Origin: the human T2T-CHM13v2.0 reference genome, Homo sapiens
Assembly: GCA_009914755.4 (NCBI GenBank)
Contig: CP068257.2
Span: 18,304,001-18,368,000 of the forward strand
Length of the DNA: 64,000 nucleotides
Direction of reading: 5' to 3'
Numbering within the stretch: the first letter of the stretch is position 1; every line of letters begins with the position of its first letter. Below the pieces are notes generated by a model. The model was not told the origin of the DNA, ran no database searches, and saw nothing but the letters and a program-made list of their open reading frames with translations. The position numbers and the translations under genes were made by a program. Of the stretch, positions 13,419 to 29,385 are shown piece after piece.

Positions 13419-15330
13419 TTTTTCTGCATTCTGTAGGTTGTCTCTTCATTTTCTTAATTGTTTACTTTGCTGTGGCAGTAGCTTTTTGGCTTGATGTAAT
13501 CTCATTTGTCTATGTTTTCTTTTGTTGCCTGTGCTTTTGGGGTCTTATCCAAAAAATTCTTGTGCAGATCAGTGTCATAAAGTGTTTCTTTTATGTTTTC
13601 TTATAGTAATATTACCATTTAGGATCTCACATTTAATACTTTAATAATTTTTAGTTGATTTTTGTTTATGGTGAGACCTAGGGGTTTATCTTCATTCTTC
13701 ACTGCATGTGGACCTCCAGTTTTCCCTGAACCATTTACTGATTAGAGTACCTTTCTCCACTTTGCATTTTTAGCACCATTGTCCATAGTAAGTTCACTGT
13801 AAGTGTATGGAATTCTTCTGTGTTCTCTATTCTGTTCCTTTGGTCTATGTGTCTATTTTGATGCCAGCACCATGCTGTTTTAGTTACTCTATCTTGATAA
13901 TATATTTTGAAGACAGAAAATGTCATGACTTCAACTTTGATCTTTTTGGTAAAGGTTACCTTGGCTATTGAGAGTCCTTTGTGGCTCCATATGAATTTTA
14001 GGAGTATCTTTCTCTGTGTCTGTGGAGAATGTCATTGATATTTTGATAAAGATCCCATTGAATGTATATCATTTTGGGTACTGTGGATATTGTAACAATA
14101 TCATTTCTTTCAATCAATGAGCATGGAATATCTATTTATTTGTATCTTCTTTATTTTCTTTTATCACTTTTTTTGCTTTTATTTTACACATCTTTTACCT
14201 CTGTGGCTAATTTTATTCCTAAGTATTTTATTTTATTTGTAGCTGTTGTAAATGGAATTATTTTCTTGAGTTCTTTTTCATATAGTTTTCTACTACTGTA
14301 CAGAAACACTACTGATTTTTGTATGTTGATTTTGTATCCTGCATCTATATTGAATTTGTGAATTAGTTCTAACAGTTTTTTGGTGGAATCTTTAGGGTTT
14401 TCTATATATATAAGAACATGCCACCTATGCAGACAATTCAACCTCTTCCTTTCCAATTTGGATTCCCTTTATTTCTTTCTCTTGTCTGATTACTCTGGCT
14501 AAGTCTTCCAATACCATGTTGACTACAAGTGGCAAGAGTGGCCATCCTTGTCTTGTTCCAGATTTTAGAGGGCAAGCTTTCAACTATTATATTACCCCTG
14601 AGTTCATCATATATGGCCTTTGATAGATTGAGGTACTTTTCTTCTATACTTAACTTTTTGAGAATTTTATTATAAAGGGATGTTGAATTTTGTCAAATCC
14701 TTTTTCTGAATCTATTGAAATTGTAATATGATTCTTGTCCTTCATTTGTTGATATGATGTATCATGTTTATTGATCTTCATATTTTATGTTCAACCATTC
14801 TTGCATTCCTAGGATGAGGCCCACTTGATCATGTTGAATGATCTTTTTAATATTAATAGGCTGTTGAATTTGTTTTGCTAGTATTTCCTTGAGGATTTTT
14901 GCATGCATGTTCATTTGGAATATTGATTGGCTTGTAGGCGGTTGTTTTGGTTTAGTTTGGTGTGAGTGCATGTGCATGTGTGTGTATGTTTGTGTGTTTG
15001 TGTCCTTGACTGATTTTGGTGTCAGGGTAATGGTGGCTCAGTAGATGAGTTTAAGAGTATTTCTTCTCCTTTTATATGTTGAAATAGCTTCATAAGAATT
15101 GGTATTATGTTTTCATTAAATGTTTTATAGAATCCAGCAGTGAGGTAATTTTTTTTAAAGGAAACTTTTTATTACTTATTCACATCTTAGTGCTCATTAT
15201 TAGCTGTGTTCAGATTTTCTATTGTTTCAAGATACAATATTGATAGGTTGCATGTGTCCAGATATTTATCTGTTTCTGCTAGCATTATCCTATATATTGG
15301 TAATTTTTTGTATTTTTATAATATCAATTC

Positions 15331-18386
<3,056 letters not shown>

Positions 18387-19093
18387 TAATATCAATTCTA
18401 ATGTCTTACTTTTTATCTCTGATTTTATTTATTTAAGTTGTCTTTCACTTTTCCTCAGAGTCACCAAAGTTTTTGAATATTGTTTATCTTTTAAAAAAGC
18501 AACTGTTTATTTTATCTATATTTTGTGTTTAGTTTTTTGTCTCAATTTGTTTCCTCTTGAATATCATTTATTTTCTTCTAATAATTTGGGGTTTAGTGTG
18601 TTTTTATTTAGTTCTTTGAGGTGCTATGTTAGGTAGTTTATTTGTGATCTGTTTTCCTTCTGATGTAAGTTTTTATTGCAAGAAACTTCCCTCTTAGAAA
18701 TGTGTTTAACTGTGTTCTATAGGTTTTGATATGTTTCATTTCCACTTTCATTTGTCTTAAACATTTTTAAATTTTCCTTTTAATGTCTTTACCCATTGGT
18801 TGTTTGGGAACATTTTGTTTAATTTCTACATATTTGTAAAGTTTCTGTATTTCCTCTGTTATTGATTTTTAGTTTTATACCATTGTGCTCAGTAGAGATA
18901 CTTGATGTAATTTTAATCTTCTTAAATTTCATTTTGTCTCATGGTCAAATATATGGTCAAATATATGATCAAATATATTGTCTCGTGGTCAAATATATAT
19001 CTATATTTGATCTATGTTCTATGTGCAACAGAGAAGGATGTATATTTTGTACCTTTTAGTTGGAATGTTCTGCAAATGTCTGTTAGGCCCATT

Positions 19094-19399
19094 TCATCTA
19101 GAGTGTAGTTTAAATCTGATGTTATTTTTATAATTTATTTTACTGGATAATCTGTCCATTGTTGTAAGTGAGATGTTGAAATTCCCTACTATTTTAGTAT
19201 CATAGTCAATTTCTCTCTTTAGCTCTATGAATATTTTCTTTATATATTTAGGTGCTCCAATGATAGGTGCATATATATTTACAATTGTTATACTCTCTTG
19301 CTGATTTGACCTCTTTATCATTATGTCATGAACTTCATTTCTGCTTCTTTTGTAAAATCCAAAGTCTATTTTACCTGATATAAGTACAGCTACTCTCAC
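19094..19399 (-). pseudogene. Older L1 ORF2 endonuclease-domain remnant
   Basis: MRVAVLISGKIDF…HDIMIKRSNQQESITIVNIYAPIIGAPKYIKKIFIELKREIDYDTKIVGNFNISLTTMDR matches the L1 EN domain (GVAILVSDKTDF…GHYIMVKGSIQQEELTILNIYAPNTGAPRFIKQVL…GDFNTPLSTLDR). Confidence 0.8.
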
Positions 19400-19574
19400 T
19401 GTGTTGTGGCTTCCATTTGTATGAAATATTTCTTTCTATCCCTTCACTTTTAGTCTATTTGTGTCTTGTAGGCAGCATATCATTGGGTCTTTTAAAAATC
19501 CATTGATCCACTCTTTTTATTTTTATTTTTTCATGATCTTCATTGGTTTATCATTTTAGGGATGGGTTCCTTCT

Positions 19575-19700
19575 GTGTTAGGCTGGAGGGCAGTGGCTAT
19601 TCACAGGCACAATCACTTCACACTACAGCTTTGTACCCCTGGCCTCAAGCAATCCTCCCACTTCAGCTTCCTGAGTATTTGTGACTACAGGGACATGCAA
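19575..19700 (-). mobile_element. Diverged Alu-like fragment (right-arm segment)
   Basis: ggctggagggcagtggc…cacttcacactacagc…tcaagcaatcctcccacttcagcttcctgagtatttgtgactacagggacatgc resembles the reverse complement of the Alu right arm. Confidence 0.5.
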
Positions 19701-20264
19701 AACACTGGGTTTTATTCCTCTTAATAGTACAGTTTAATCCATTAATATGCAAGATGATTATTGATAGGTACAGATGTATTACTGCCATTTTAAAAATTTT
19801 CAAATTGTTTTATAGATTCTTTCTTTTTACCTGTCCTCTTGTGTGGTTAAATAATTTTCTCTAGTAGTGTGTTTTGATTTTTTAATTTTTATTCTTAATG
19901 TACCTATTAAAGGTTTTTGCTTTGTGGATACCATGAAGCTAACAAATAACATCTCATAGATATAACAGCTTAAAATAACTTGTTATATATATGAGATGTT
20001 ATTAACTCTGACCTTAATGTTTTAAGAAAAGGACTCTACAATTTGACCTCACTGCCTCCAATATTTTGAATTTTTATGTCACAATTTGCATATTTTAATG
20101 TTGCATATTTCTTAAATTATTTTAATTTTTACTATTTCTAATATTTTTGTATTTTAATCTTTATATTAGAGATATAAATGATTCATACACAATCATTGCA
20201 GTATTAGAGTATTCTTTATTTGACTCTGCACCTATTTTTATCAGTGAATTTTATACTTTCAAAA

Positions 20265-20297
20265 TATTTGTGTGTGTGTGTGTGTGTATGTGTGACT
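20265..20297. repeat. (TG)n microsatellite
   Basis: tgtgtgtgtgtgtgtgtgtatgtgtg. Confidence 0.9.
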
Positions 20298-23200
20298 CAT
20301 TAGCATCCTTTTCTTTCAGCTTGAAGAACTTCCTTTACCATTGTTTATAAGACAGATTTGGAGTTAAAAAACAAATAAAACTCCCTCAGCTTTTGTTTGT
20401 CTGGAAAAATGTTTATATCTCCTTCACATCTGAAAGATGGATTTGCTGACTACAGTATTCTTGGCTGGCAGTTTGGTTGCTTTTTTCCTTTAGCACTTTG
20501 AATATATCAACCCACCAACCTCCTGGCTGGTAAGGTTTCTGCTAAGAAATCCACTGATAGTTATATTGGCACTCTTTTGTATATGATGTGTTTCTTACCT
20601 CTTGGCTGCTTTCAGAATTTTTTCTTTGTCTCTTTTTTTTTTGATAATTTGATTATTTTATGTTTTGTTGTATTTCTCTCAGGGTTTAATTTTCTTGGAG
20701 ACCTCTATGCATCCCATATATGTGTGTTGGTATCTATCACAGGTTAATGCAGTTTTCAGCCATTATTCCTTTAAATGTGCTTACTGGACCTTTTCCTTTG
20801 TCTTCTTCTGTTGATTCTATTATAAAAACATTCAATCTCTTACATGTGTCCTATAATTCCCATAGATTTTCTTCATTCTTATTTATTCTTTTGTCTTTTT
20901 ATCCTCTGACTGGATACTTTAAAATTTGCCTTTCTGCTTACTGATTCTTTCTTTCTACTTGATAAGTTCTTCTGTTAAAATTTTCTATTACATTTTTTAT
21001 TGCAGTCATTGTATTATTCATTTCTAGGATTTCTACTGATCTTCTCATTTTTTTCAAATACTGGTTTCCAAACTTCATTAAATTTTCCATCTGTATATTT
21101 TTAAATTTTACTGAACTTCCTTATGAATATTATTCTGTATTATTGATCAGTCTTTGCATAGATCTCTATTTATTTGGGATTCATTATTTGAGCTTTATTT
21201 ATTTCTTTTTGAGAAATTATACTTCCCTGATTTTCCATAATCTTTGTATTCTTATGTTGTGACCTTCATATGTGAGGTGACAAGTCCCTTTTTGGTCCTG
21301 CACAGATATATTAGCAGACATAGAGCTATTTAGTCTAGGCTGTGGTCCTGGAAGGTTCAGCTGGTGATGATCCTGGAGAGGCAGAGTATGTTATAAGTTA
21401 TCCAGTTGGCTGGGTCACTGCCTTTGCTTTGATATTGAATGGGGTTACTAACTGGGTTCTGCTGACCAGTGAGACCATTGGTTGGACTCTGCTGTTAGGT
21501 GGTATGCTGGCTCATACTTCAATGGCTTCTGGTTAGACCCGGCAACATATATATTCCCTGGATGGGCAGTTTTGCTATTTGAAATCTGCACTTGAGCAGG
21601 GCTGAAAGTTGGACTCTAAGATTAGGTGGAGTCACTACTCTGAACAGGCAGGAGCTTAGGCTGTGCTCCTTAGAAACACACAATTTGAGATTGCCTCCTT
21701 GTCTGGGTGGAGCTGTGGAGTGGGCTTTTGGCTTAGTTCAGTGGCTGTTTGACTTCCCAGATCAAGCAGGACTGGCCTCTAAGTTTCTTCAAAATGTACA
21801 GAAATGGGAGTCTCTCTGCCTGGTTGGGATTGTTTTGTGGGCTATTTGTCGTCCCTACTTGCCTTCCTGGCTCGAGCCAGTCTGGCTTCTTTGCTTCTCT
21901 AAAATCTGCAAAGATGGGAATCTGTCTGCCTGGGCGGGGTCATTGGCCAGGCTTTTTGGCCATGTGGCACCTCTGATTACCTTCCCACATCAAGCATGTG
22001 TAGCTCCTTCACATCTCTGAGATCTGTGAAGACATGAGTCTTCCTGATTGGACAGGTTTGTTGTTGGTTCTGGAGTTGGCTGGGGAGACTAGCTGTCTAA
22101 GGGCTCACTGTATGTGAGCTAGATTGTGTTTCCTACTGTGCTTTTAAAGGTGACAAGCTTAGCTCTGTGAGTGAGCTAAGAGGTTGATTGATGCCTCTGA
22201 CCAAGTGCTACAGCTTGCAGGATGCAGTGGTAACACCAAAATCCTTGTCATTTGCTTTGTTTTACTCCTGGGTGGTCAAGCCATGCCATTTCTCTTAGTA
22301 TTCCTCATTAAGTGAGACCACAGTGGACTTCCTGAGAAGTTTTTTAGAATGGTAGTGAAGTCAGATAACTGTTTCAAGTTCGTTTTTCCCCTCATAGAAA
22401 CTGTGAGTCCAGGAAAATCTTTATCTGGTGCTATGCTACTTTGGTAGAAGGGGAGGTGGGGGTGCAGTCAGAATGAGACCATTCCTCTTAGCCATCAAAT
22501 TTAGATTTTGTTTACTTCTGCACACCACACAGGTGTCTCAGGCTTGTTTCCAGATGCTGAGGTTTTCAAAAGGATGTTCTGTCTGTAGATAGTCGCTAGT
22601 TGAAAGTTCTGTTGGAGCAATGGGGGTCAAGGTTTTTTCTTTGCCACATTGCTGACATCCTTAAGTTTGAATTAATAATGATTTTATTTTAATGTCAACT
22701 GAATAACTGATATTTATTTTTTAAAATATTTTTTAAGAAAACATCTGAAATCACAAGCAGGTTCATCATGAAAATATAAAAAAAAATTATTGTTAGTCAT
22801 GATCTATGAAAGAAGCAAAATATCATTTTTTTCCAAGTATTTATGATTGCTGTCTTTAAGGTTTTTTTTTCTATTATTCATAGTGATGATAGTTTTGACC
22901 CAAATATGATTTCAAGTCTTATTTGTAAATATTTTAAGGCACAACCAGGCCTGAATGTATTTTCTACTGCCCAATATAGAAGCAAATTTTGATTAAATCT
23001 AAAAACTTTTAATAATGCTGGAAATGATTATATGCCTTGCATGTAGGAATTTATTATATGCTATGTAATCAGTATATTGGAACCCTCATTCAAATAATTA
23101 TGCAAAACTGAACTTTATTTAAATAAATAAATAAGTAAACTTTTAAGGTGAGGTTTCACTTAGTTCCAGAATTATACTTACTGAAATATTACTATATTTT

Positions 23201-24239
23201 AAAATTTGCTATATATTATAATATTACTTATACTGATGATACTGATGGTTATGAAAATAAATAAAATATATTTATGGATATGTCAGTGTGACTCCAGTGA
23301 TTTATAGTTGTGTTTGTGTTTTTTTTTTCTAAAGGATTTGAACAACTTGCAAATACACCATGCTGGACACACTAAGATAAGCAAAATCAAGTAAGACCAT
23401 ATGCAAAATTGTATAATTTTTAATTGCGAAGTTTATTGCATTTAAAGCACTGAAATAACTTTTTAAAAAACATTTTATTTCACATACTTTTTCATATTCT
23501 TATTAAAAACATGATCTATTCATTTCAAACAGACTTATCCTGAAACTGAATATATAGACGTACTTTATCTGGAGAGACTCTTGCAAGTGATATTGAGCAC
23601 TATGGTAAAATAACTTTCCAATATTTTATGTAATTTTAATTGAAGGAGGATATACATACAAAAACTTTAAAGAAGTTATTGCAAATGTACAAATTGATGG
23701 ATTTTCATTAAATGAATTATCCTTATAGCCATCAGCTATATCAAGAAATAAAGCATCACTAGCCCCCAGAAGCTACCCTCAGCTTCCCTCCAAGTCACTA
23801 AAATTCTCCAAGTTGATAATCTTTCTGATGTTCAACACTAAATACTTTGTATATTTGTGTATAGTGTGCAAGATGGAATTTTACTGTATAGATTATTTTG
23901 CATCTGGCATTTTTTATTTAGTGAGATATCCAGTCAATATTAATTTTCATCATTGTTATGAAATATTTTATTATATGAAAATACAAAAATAGTGTGGGTG
24001 TGTGTTTGTGATCTACTACAAATGTGTAGTTTTCAGGGTTTTTTGGCTATTGTCTAACAACATTGGCTATTGTCTTTTTTATTTTATTTATTCTAGTGTT
24101 TGTGTACTAAAATTTAATCGTGATTTTATCTTGAAGGTCTCTGTTGACTAATGAGGTAGAGCATGTTTTCCTGTGTTTTAGCTGATCCACTTTGTAGGCA
24201 CCTTTTCCAGTGTTTGCATTTTTGATCTCTTGAATTGTC

Positions 24240-24725
24240 TGACTGTTATGGGTTGAATTGTGTTCCTCAAAAATTCATGTGTTGAGTTCCTAGCACCCAG
24301 AACCTCAGAAAGTGACTTTCTTTGAAAGTAAGGTCATTGCAGATGTAGTTAGGTAAAATGAGGTCATACTGAAGTAGGGTGGGCTCTAATATAATATACT
24401 TGATGCTTTTATTGAAAGGGAAAATTTAATTTCTGATACACAGACACATAGCGAGAATACCATGTGAAGATTAAAGAAGACATTGAGATGCCTTAGCAGA
24501 AGTCAACAAATGCCAAACATTGCCAGCCCACCACCGGTAGCTAGGAAAAAGACATGAAACTGATTTTTTTCCTCATAGCCTTTAGAAGGAACAACCTTGT
24601 GACACATTGATCTTGGATTTCTAACCTCCAAAACTGTGAGACAATACATTTCTGTTGTTTAAGCCACTCTGTGGTTATTTGTTGCAGTTGTAGCAAACTG
24701 GTGGACTGTCGTTTATTGATTTGTA
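24240..24725 (+). mobile_element. Solo LTR, MaLR MLT1-like
   Basis: …gtgttgagttcctagcacccagaacctcagaaagtgactttctttgaaagtaaggtcattgcagatgtagttaggtaaaatgaggtcat…ttgatcttggatttctaacctccaaaactgtgagacaatacatttctgttgtttaagccactctgtggttatttgttgcagttgtagcaaactgg is the canonical MLT1/MST 3' LTR region in sense orientation. Confidence 0.6.
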
Positions 24726-26924
24726 AGAATATTGTATATATTCTGGATATGAGTTATTTGTCAGTAATATAAACTGTAAATTAGTCTGTGATTTGTCTAT
24801 TCATTCTTTTAATGGTGCCTTTTGATGAATAAAAGTCATTAAGATTAATGTAGGTTAAACGTTCATATTTTACTACATGGCTTATATATTTTTGTCCTGC
24901 CTAAAAAATATTTGCTCACTCCTAGATCATAAAGATCGAAATATATTTTCTTCTAGAAAATAGTATTTGTCTTTTATATTTAAGTCTACAATGCACTGAG
25001 AATTGAGTTTTGTAAATACAATGATGTAAGAGTCACGATTTATATTTTTGGTATTTAATTGGCTCAGTATCAAAAATAAATTCTTCCCCATTTCAATATA
25101 TATCACATTTTTATGTGACTCCGTAAGTCACATAAAAGACTCCATAAGCCTTTTTCTGGCATTTTATCATATTCTTCTTGTCTAGGTGTCTATTTCTGAG
25201 TTAATTGTATATTATCATATTTATTATATATGTATATTTTATAATTATATCTGAAAATAAAAGTTCTTCAGCTTCTTTAATACTTCTGCAAGATTTCTCA
25301 AACTATTATTGGCTCTATTTTTCATATAAGTTTCAAAAACAACTTATCAAGTTTTGCCAAGAAACCTGCTGGGATTTTTGTTGGAGTTGCATCAAATCAA
25401 TATATTAATTAGGAGAGATTACATGTTCACAATACTGACTTTTCCCAACCTTGAACCTTGAATAGTGTACTTGTTTAGAGAGTCTTTAACTGACAGTTTT
25501 TACATTTTGTAGTTCGTATTGGAAGGTTATTGCTCGTCTTCTGTTAGATATGTTACTATGTATTTTATCTTTCTAATGCTATTGGAAACATTTCATTTTT
25601 ATCTTCTATTTTCTATGTTTTTCCTTATAGTGAGAATTACATTGAATTTTTGCCCTTGCTAAATTTCCTTACTAATTATTATGTATCTATAATTTTGAAA
25701 AATCCTATATATGCTATATGTAGAAGGAGCAGTTTTATTTATTGCCTTCCAATCCTAATGCCACTGTCTTTTTAAAAATGTCTTTTATTATCACACGATG
25801 ACTTCCAGTACCATGTTGATAGACCACAAAATAGTTTTCAAAATCCATAAAATTTTCTCAGATTAAAAATGCATGTAAAATTTTTTTAGTAAACATTCTG
25901 TCATTTGCTTTCATTCACAGTGCAGTCATTTAAAATAGTATACCTAGTAACCTTGGCTCTTCACTCCCCAATCATTCTGCAACTGAACACATACTGACTT
26001 CCTCTATCCTATTTCAGTGACACTATAAATGCTACCTGCCACTCTCTAATTTGCACTCTATTGTATAATTTTCATTTCAATTCTGTATTGTATCTGTAAT
26101 CCTTTTGGAAGTTTTTGTTTATTGCCTTGTATGAAGCCACTCATAGTGTTTTTTGACATTAGTTTTTATAACAGGAGTTTTGGAGTCAGGAAAGGCTTAT
26201 ATTTGTGTCTATAAGGAGTTTCTTATTTAACCCTTTCAAATTCTCTAATTCTTTAATACTTTTATCTTCTAATATATACTTACAAGACTTTTGTAGGAAA
26301 GAAATACATGTAAAGTGCCTAGTACATGGCCAGGCACATGACAAAGGGACAATAAATTATAGTTCTTTGGCATATCTATGTCTATCCTTGTGCTCCTCAA
26401 AATTAGGTTTTCCTGCAGGTTTTCTTTTAGAAATTTGTTCTTCTCATTCTAATCGCCTATCTTGAGTAATATCTTATTGTTGCCTTTTAAAATTCAGCTT
26501 AAGCTTTATCCCCTTTATTCTTCCTGAGCAAATCTAACATATTTTCTTCTGTCATGTTTTCATAGTATTCTCACTTATCACTTGCTATGCTTTACATTCT
26601 AATAACATATGCTTATTTCCTCAAACTTGAATGCGAGTTTTTTATTTGAAAGAAAAATTGTGTTTCATTTCTATAATGAAAATCTTGAGACTTGAGCTTT
26701 CATAAAGTCATTTAATCTTCCATTTGCAGATACATTTTTTTCAGAGTATCACTAATATATGTGGCTGCTTAAATTCATTGCAAGGATTTTATTATTATCA
26801 TTCAGGTAAATTATATGATGAAAGTATATTGGGGGTAAGATAATTATCCAGAAAAGTATAAAGGCAGAATAATATACACACATTAATATAGGCTTACCAT
26901 TTATGTCCTATTTCCTACTCCATT

Positions 26925-26990
26925 CTCCCTTCCTTCCTTCCTTCCTTCCTTCCTTCCTTTCTTTCTCTTTCCTTCTTTTCTTTTTTTTTT
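26925..26990. repeat. (TTCC)n microsatellite running into the Alu poly-T
   Basis: ccttccttccttccttccttccttcc…. Confidence 0.9.
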
Positions 26991-27292
26991 TTTTTTTCTG
27001 AGACAGAGCCTTGCTCTGTTGCCCAGGCTGGAGTACGGTGGTCCAATCTAGGCTCACTGCAAGCTCTGCCTCCCAGATTCAAGCAATTCTCCCTTCCTCA
27101 GCCTCCTCAGTAGCTGGAATTACAGGCTCCCGCCACCACACCTGGCTAATTTTTCTATTTTTAGTAGAGAAGGGGTTTCGCCACATTGGCCGGGCTGGTC
27201 TCAAACTCCTGACCTCAGGTGATCCATCCACCTTGGCTTCCCAAAGTGCTGGTATTACAGGCATGATCCACTGCACCCGGCCTCCATTCTCC
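26991..27292 (-). mobile_element. AluS-like element
   Basis: Poly-T is followed by the Alu reverse complement …ggtattacaggcatgatccactgcacccggcc. Confidence 0.9.
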
Positions 27293-27421
27293 ATTTCTAA
27301 CCAGATTCTTTCCAAATTTGATTTTTCAAACAATGCCACATTGAATTTGTGCCTCCTTATAGAATACTTGATAGGGGTAGGAAATGAGCACTTCAAATTT
27401 TACCAATTTTACCATTTTATC

Positions 27422-27621
27422 AAGCGATTCTCCTGCCTCAGCCTCCCGAGTAGCTGGGATTACAGGTGTGCACCAGCACACCGGGCTAATTTTGTATTTT
27501 TAATAGAGACGGGGTTTCTCCATGTCGGTCAGGGTGATCTCCAACTCCCGACTTCAGGTGATCCACCCGCCTTGGCCTCCCAAAGTGCTGGGATTACAGG
27601 CATGAGCCACCGCCCCCAGCC
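27422..27621 (-). mobile_element. Partial Alu (lacks the poly-A-proximal ~80 bp)
   Basis: tcaagcgattctcctgcctcagcctcccgagtagctgggattacaggtgtgcacc…gggattacaggcatgagccaccgcccccagcc. Confidence 0.85.
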
Positions 27622-27649
27622 GTCATTTGTTATATGTAAATATCTGTTT

Positions 27650-28990
27650 CCAGTTTTTTAAAATTTTTTTAACATTAATTATTATTCTGGTTCATTTTTA
27701 ATTGTTGTGGGTACATAGTAGGTGCATATATTTATGTAGTGCATGCCATATTTTGATACCGGTATAAAATAGATAATAATCACCGCAGGGTAAATGGGGT
27801 ATCCATTGCCTCGAGCATTTATTTTTTCTTTGTGTTACAAAAAACTCTAATTATACTCTTTTATTTTAGAATGCACAATAAATTATTGTTGACTGTAGTT
27901 ACCTTGTTATGCTATCAAATCTAGATCTCATTCATTCTATCTAACTATATTTTTGTACCCATTTACTGTTCCCACTCTCGTGCAGCTCTCCTCTACCCTT
28001 CGCTACTCTTCCCCAGCCTCTGGTAACCATCATTCTACTCTCTGACTCCACGAGTTCAATTGTTTTAAATTTTAGCTCCTACAAATAGGTAAGAACATGT
28101 GAAGTTTGTCTTTCTGTGACTGGCTTATTCCACTTAACATAATTTGCAGTTCCATCCGTGTTGTTGCACATGACAGGATCTCATCTTTTTATTATTATGG
28201 CTGAATAGTACTCCATTGTGTGTACGATCACATTTTCTTTATCTATTCATCTGTTGATGGACACTTAGCTTGCCTCCAAATCTTAGCTATTGTGAATGGT
28301 GCTGCGGTAAACATGGAAATGAAGATATCTGTTTGATATACTGATTTTCTTCCCTTGGGACATATACTTAGCAGTGGGATTCTACATCATATGGTAGTTA
28401 TATTTTTATTTTTTTGATGAACCACCACATTCTTCTTCACAGTGGTTGTACTAACTTACATTCTCATCAACAGTGTATGAGGGTTTCTTTTTCTCCATAT
28501 CCTCACCAGCATTTGTAAATGCCTGTCTTTCGAGTAAAAGCCATTTTAACTGGAATAAGATGATATCTCATTGGAGTTTTGGTTTTTGTTTATTTCTTTG
28601 TTTTGAGACAGGGTTTCACTCTGTAGGGCAGGTTGGAGCATAGTGGAACAATCATGGGCTCCCTTGCAGCCTTGATTTCCTGGGTTCAGATGATTCTCCC
28701 ACTTCAGCCCCACAAGTATCTGGGACTACAGGTGCACACCATCATGCCCCACTAATTATTGTTTTTTTTTTTTTTTTTTTTGTAGAGACAGGGTTTCACC
28801 ATGTTGCTCAGACTGGTCTTGAACTGTTGAGCTCAAGCAATCCACCTGCTTCAGTCTCCCAAAGTGCTGGGATTACAAGTGTGGGCCAGCACATCCAGCC
28901 TCATCGTAGTTTTGATTTGCGTTTCTCTGATGATCAGTGATGTTGAGCACCTTTTCATACACTGTTTGCCATTTGCATGTCTTCTTTTGA
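27650..28990 (-). mobile_element. L1 (L1MA/L1PB-like) 3'UTR plus ORF2 C-terminus, antisense; 3' segment of a twin-primed insertion, interrupted by an Alu
   Basis: Antisense L1 3'UTR at 27650-28560 (…cctctggtaaccatcattctactctctgactccacgagttcaattgttttaaattttagctcctacaaataggtaagaacatgtgaagtttgtctttctgtgactggcttattccacttaacataatt…). The reverse complement of 28900-28990 encodes FSKEDIQMAN..K.AQHH*SSEKRKSKLR. Confidence 0.8.
28595..28900 (-). mobile_element. Older Alu (AluJ/S-like) nested in the L1
   Basis: Reverse-complement Alu with an internal poly-T linker. It is flanked by about 15-bp direct repeats, tctcattggagttttggtt and tcatcgtagttttgattt. Confidence 0.85.
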
Positions 28991-28994
28991 GAAA

Positions 28995-29385
28995 TGTATA
29001 TTGATGAAACTAGACCCCTTTCTCTCGCCATATACAAAAACCAAATAAAAATGGAATAAGACTTAAATCTAAAACCTCAAACTATAAAATTACTAAAAGA
29101 AAACTTTAGGGAAACTCTCCAAGGTATTAGAGTGGGCAAATATTTTTCAAATAATATTCCACAAGCACAGGAAATACAAAAATGGACAAATGAGATCACA
29201 TCAAGTTAAAAAGCTACACAGCAAAGGAAATAATCAACAAAGTTAACAGACAACAAACAGAATGGGAGAAAATATTTGCAGACTATTCATCTGACAAGGG
29301 ATTAATACCCAGAATACAAAGGAAGCTAAAATTACTCAATATTAAAAAAATCTAATAATTTGATTAATAAATGGTCAAAAGATTA
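28995..29385 (+). mobile_element. Inverted 5' segment (sense ORF2 piece) of the same L1 insertion
   Basis: The + strand translation reads LDPFLSPYTKTK.KWNKT…[53 protein letters not shown]. This matches L1 ORF2 from …[20 protein letters not shown]… to …[13 protein letters not shown], which is immediately upstream of where the minus segment starts. Confidence 0.75.

Noticed and set aside
19575-20390. Roughly 800 bp between the older L1 ORF2 start and its ORF1 remnant, considered as a separate inserted element
   Set aside because: It contains an Alu-like fragment and a (TG)n microsatellite, but I could not delimit a discrete insertion with TSDs. It may simply be the diverged inter-ORF or ORF1 C-terminal region of an old L1 subfamily. 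It is left inside the L1 call.
21592-22020. 142-aa and 75-aa overlapping + ORFs in a GC-rich patch
   Set aside because: They lie in the tandemly repeated 5'UTR of the older L1. The internal peptide repetition mirrors the DNA tandem repeat.
27011-27661. 216-aa + strand ORF
   Set aside because: It spans two antisense Alu elements and the spacer. The peptide is Alu-derived (…[13 protein letters not shown]…, …SQSAGITGM…), not a gene.
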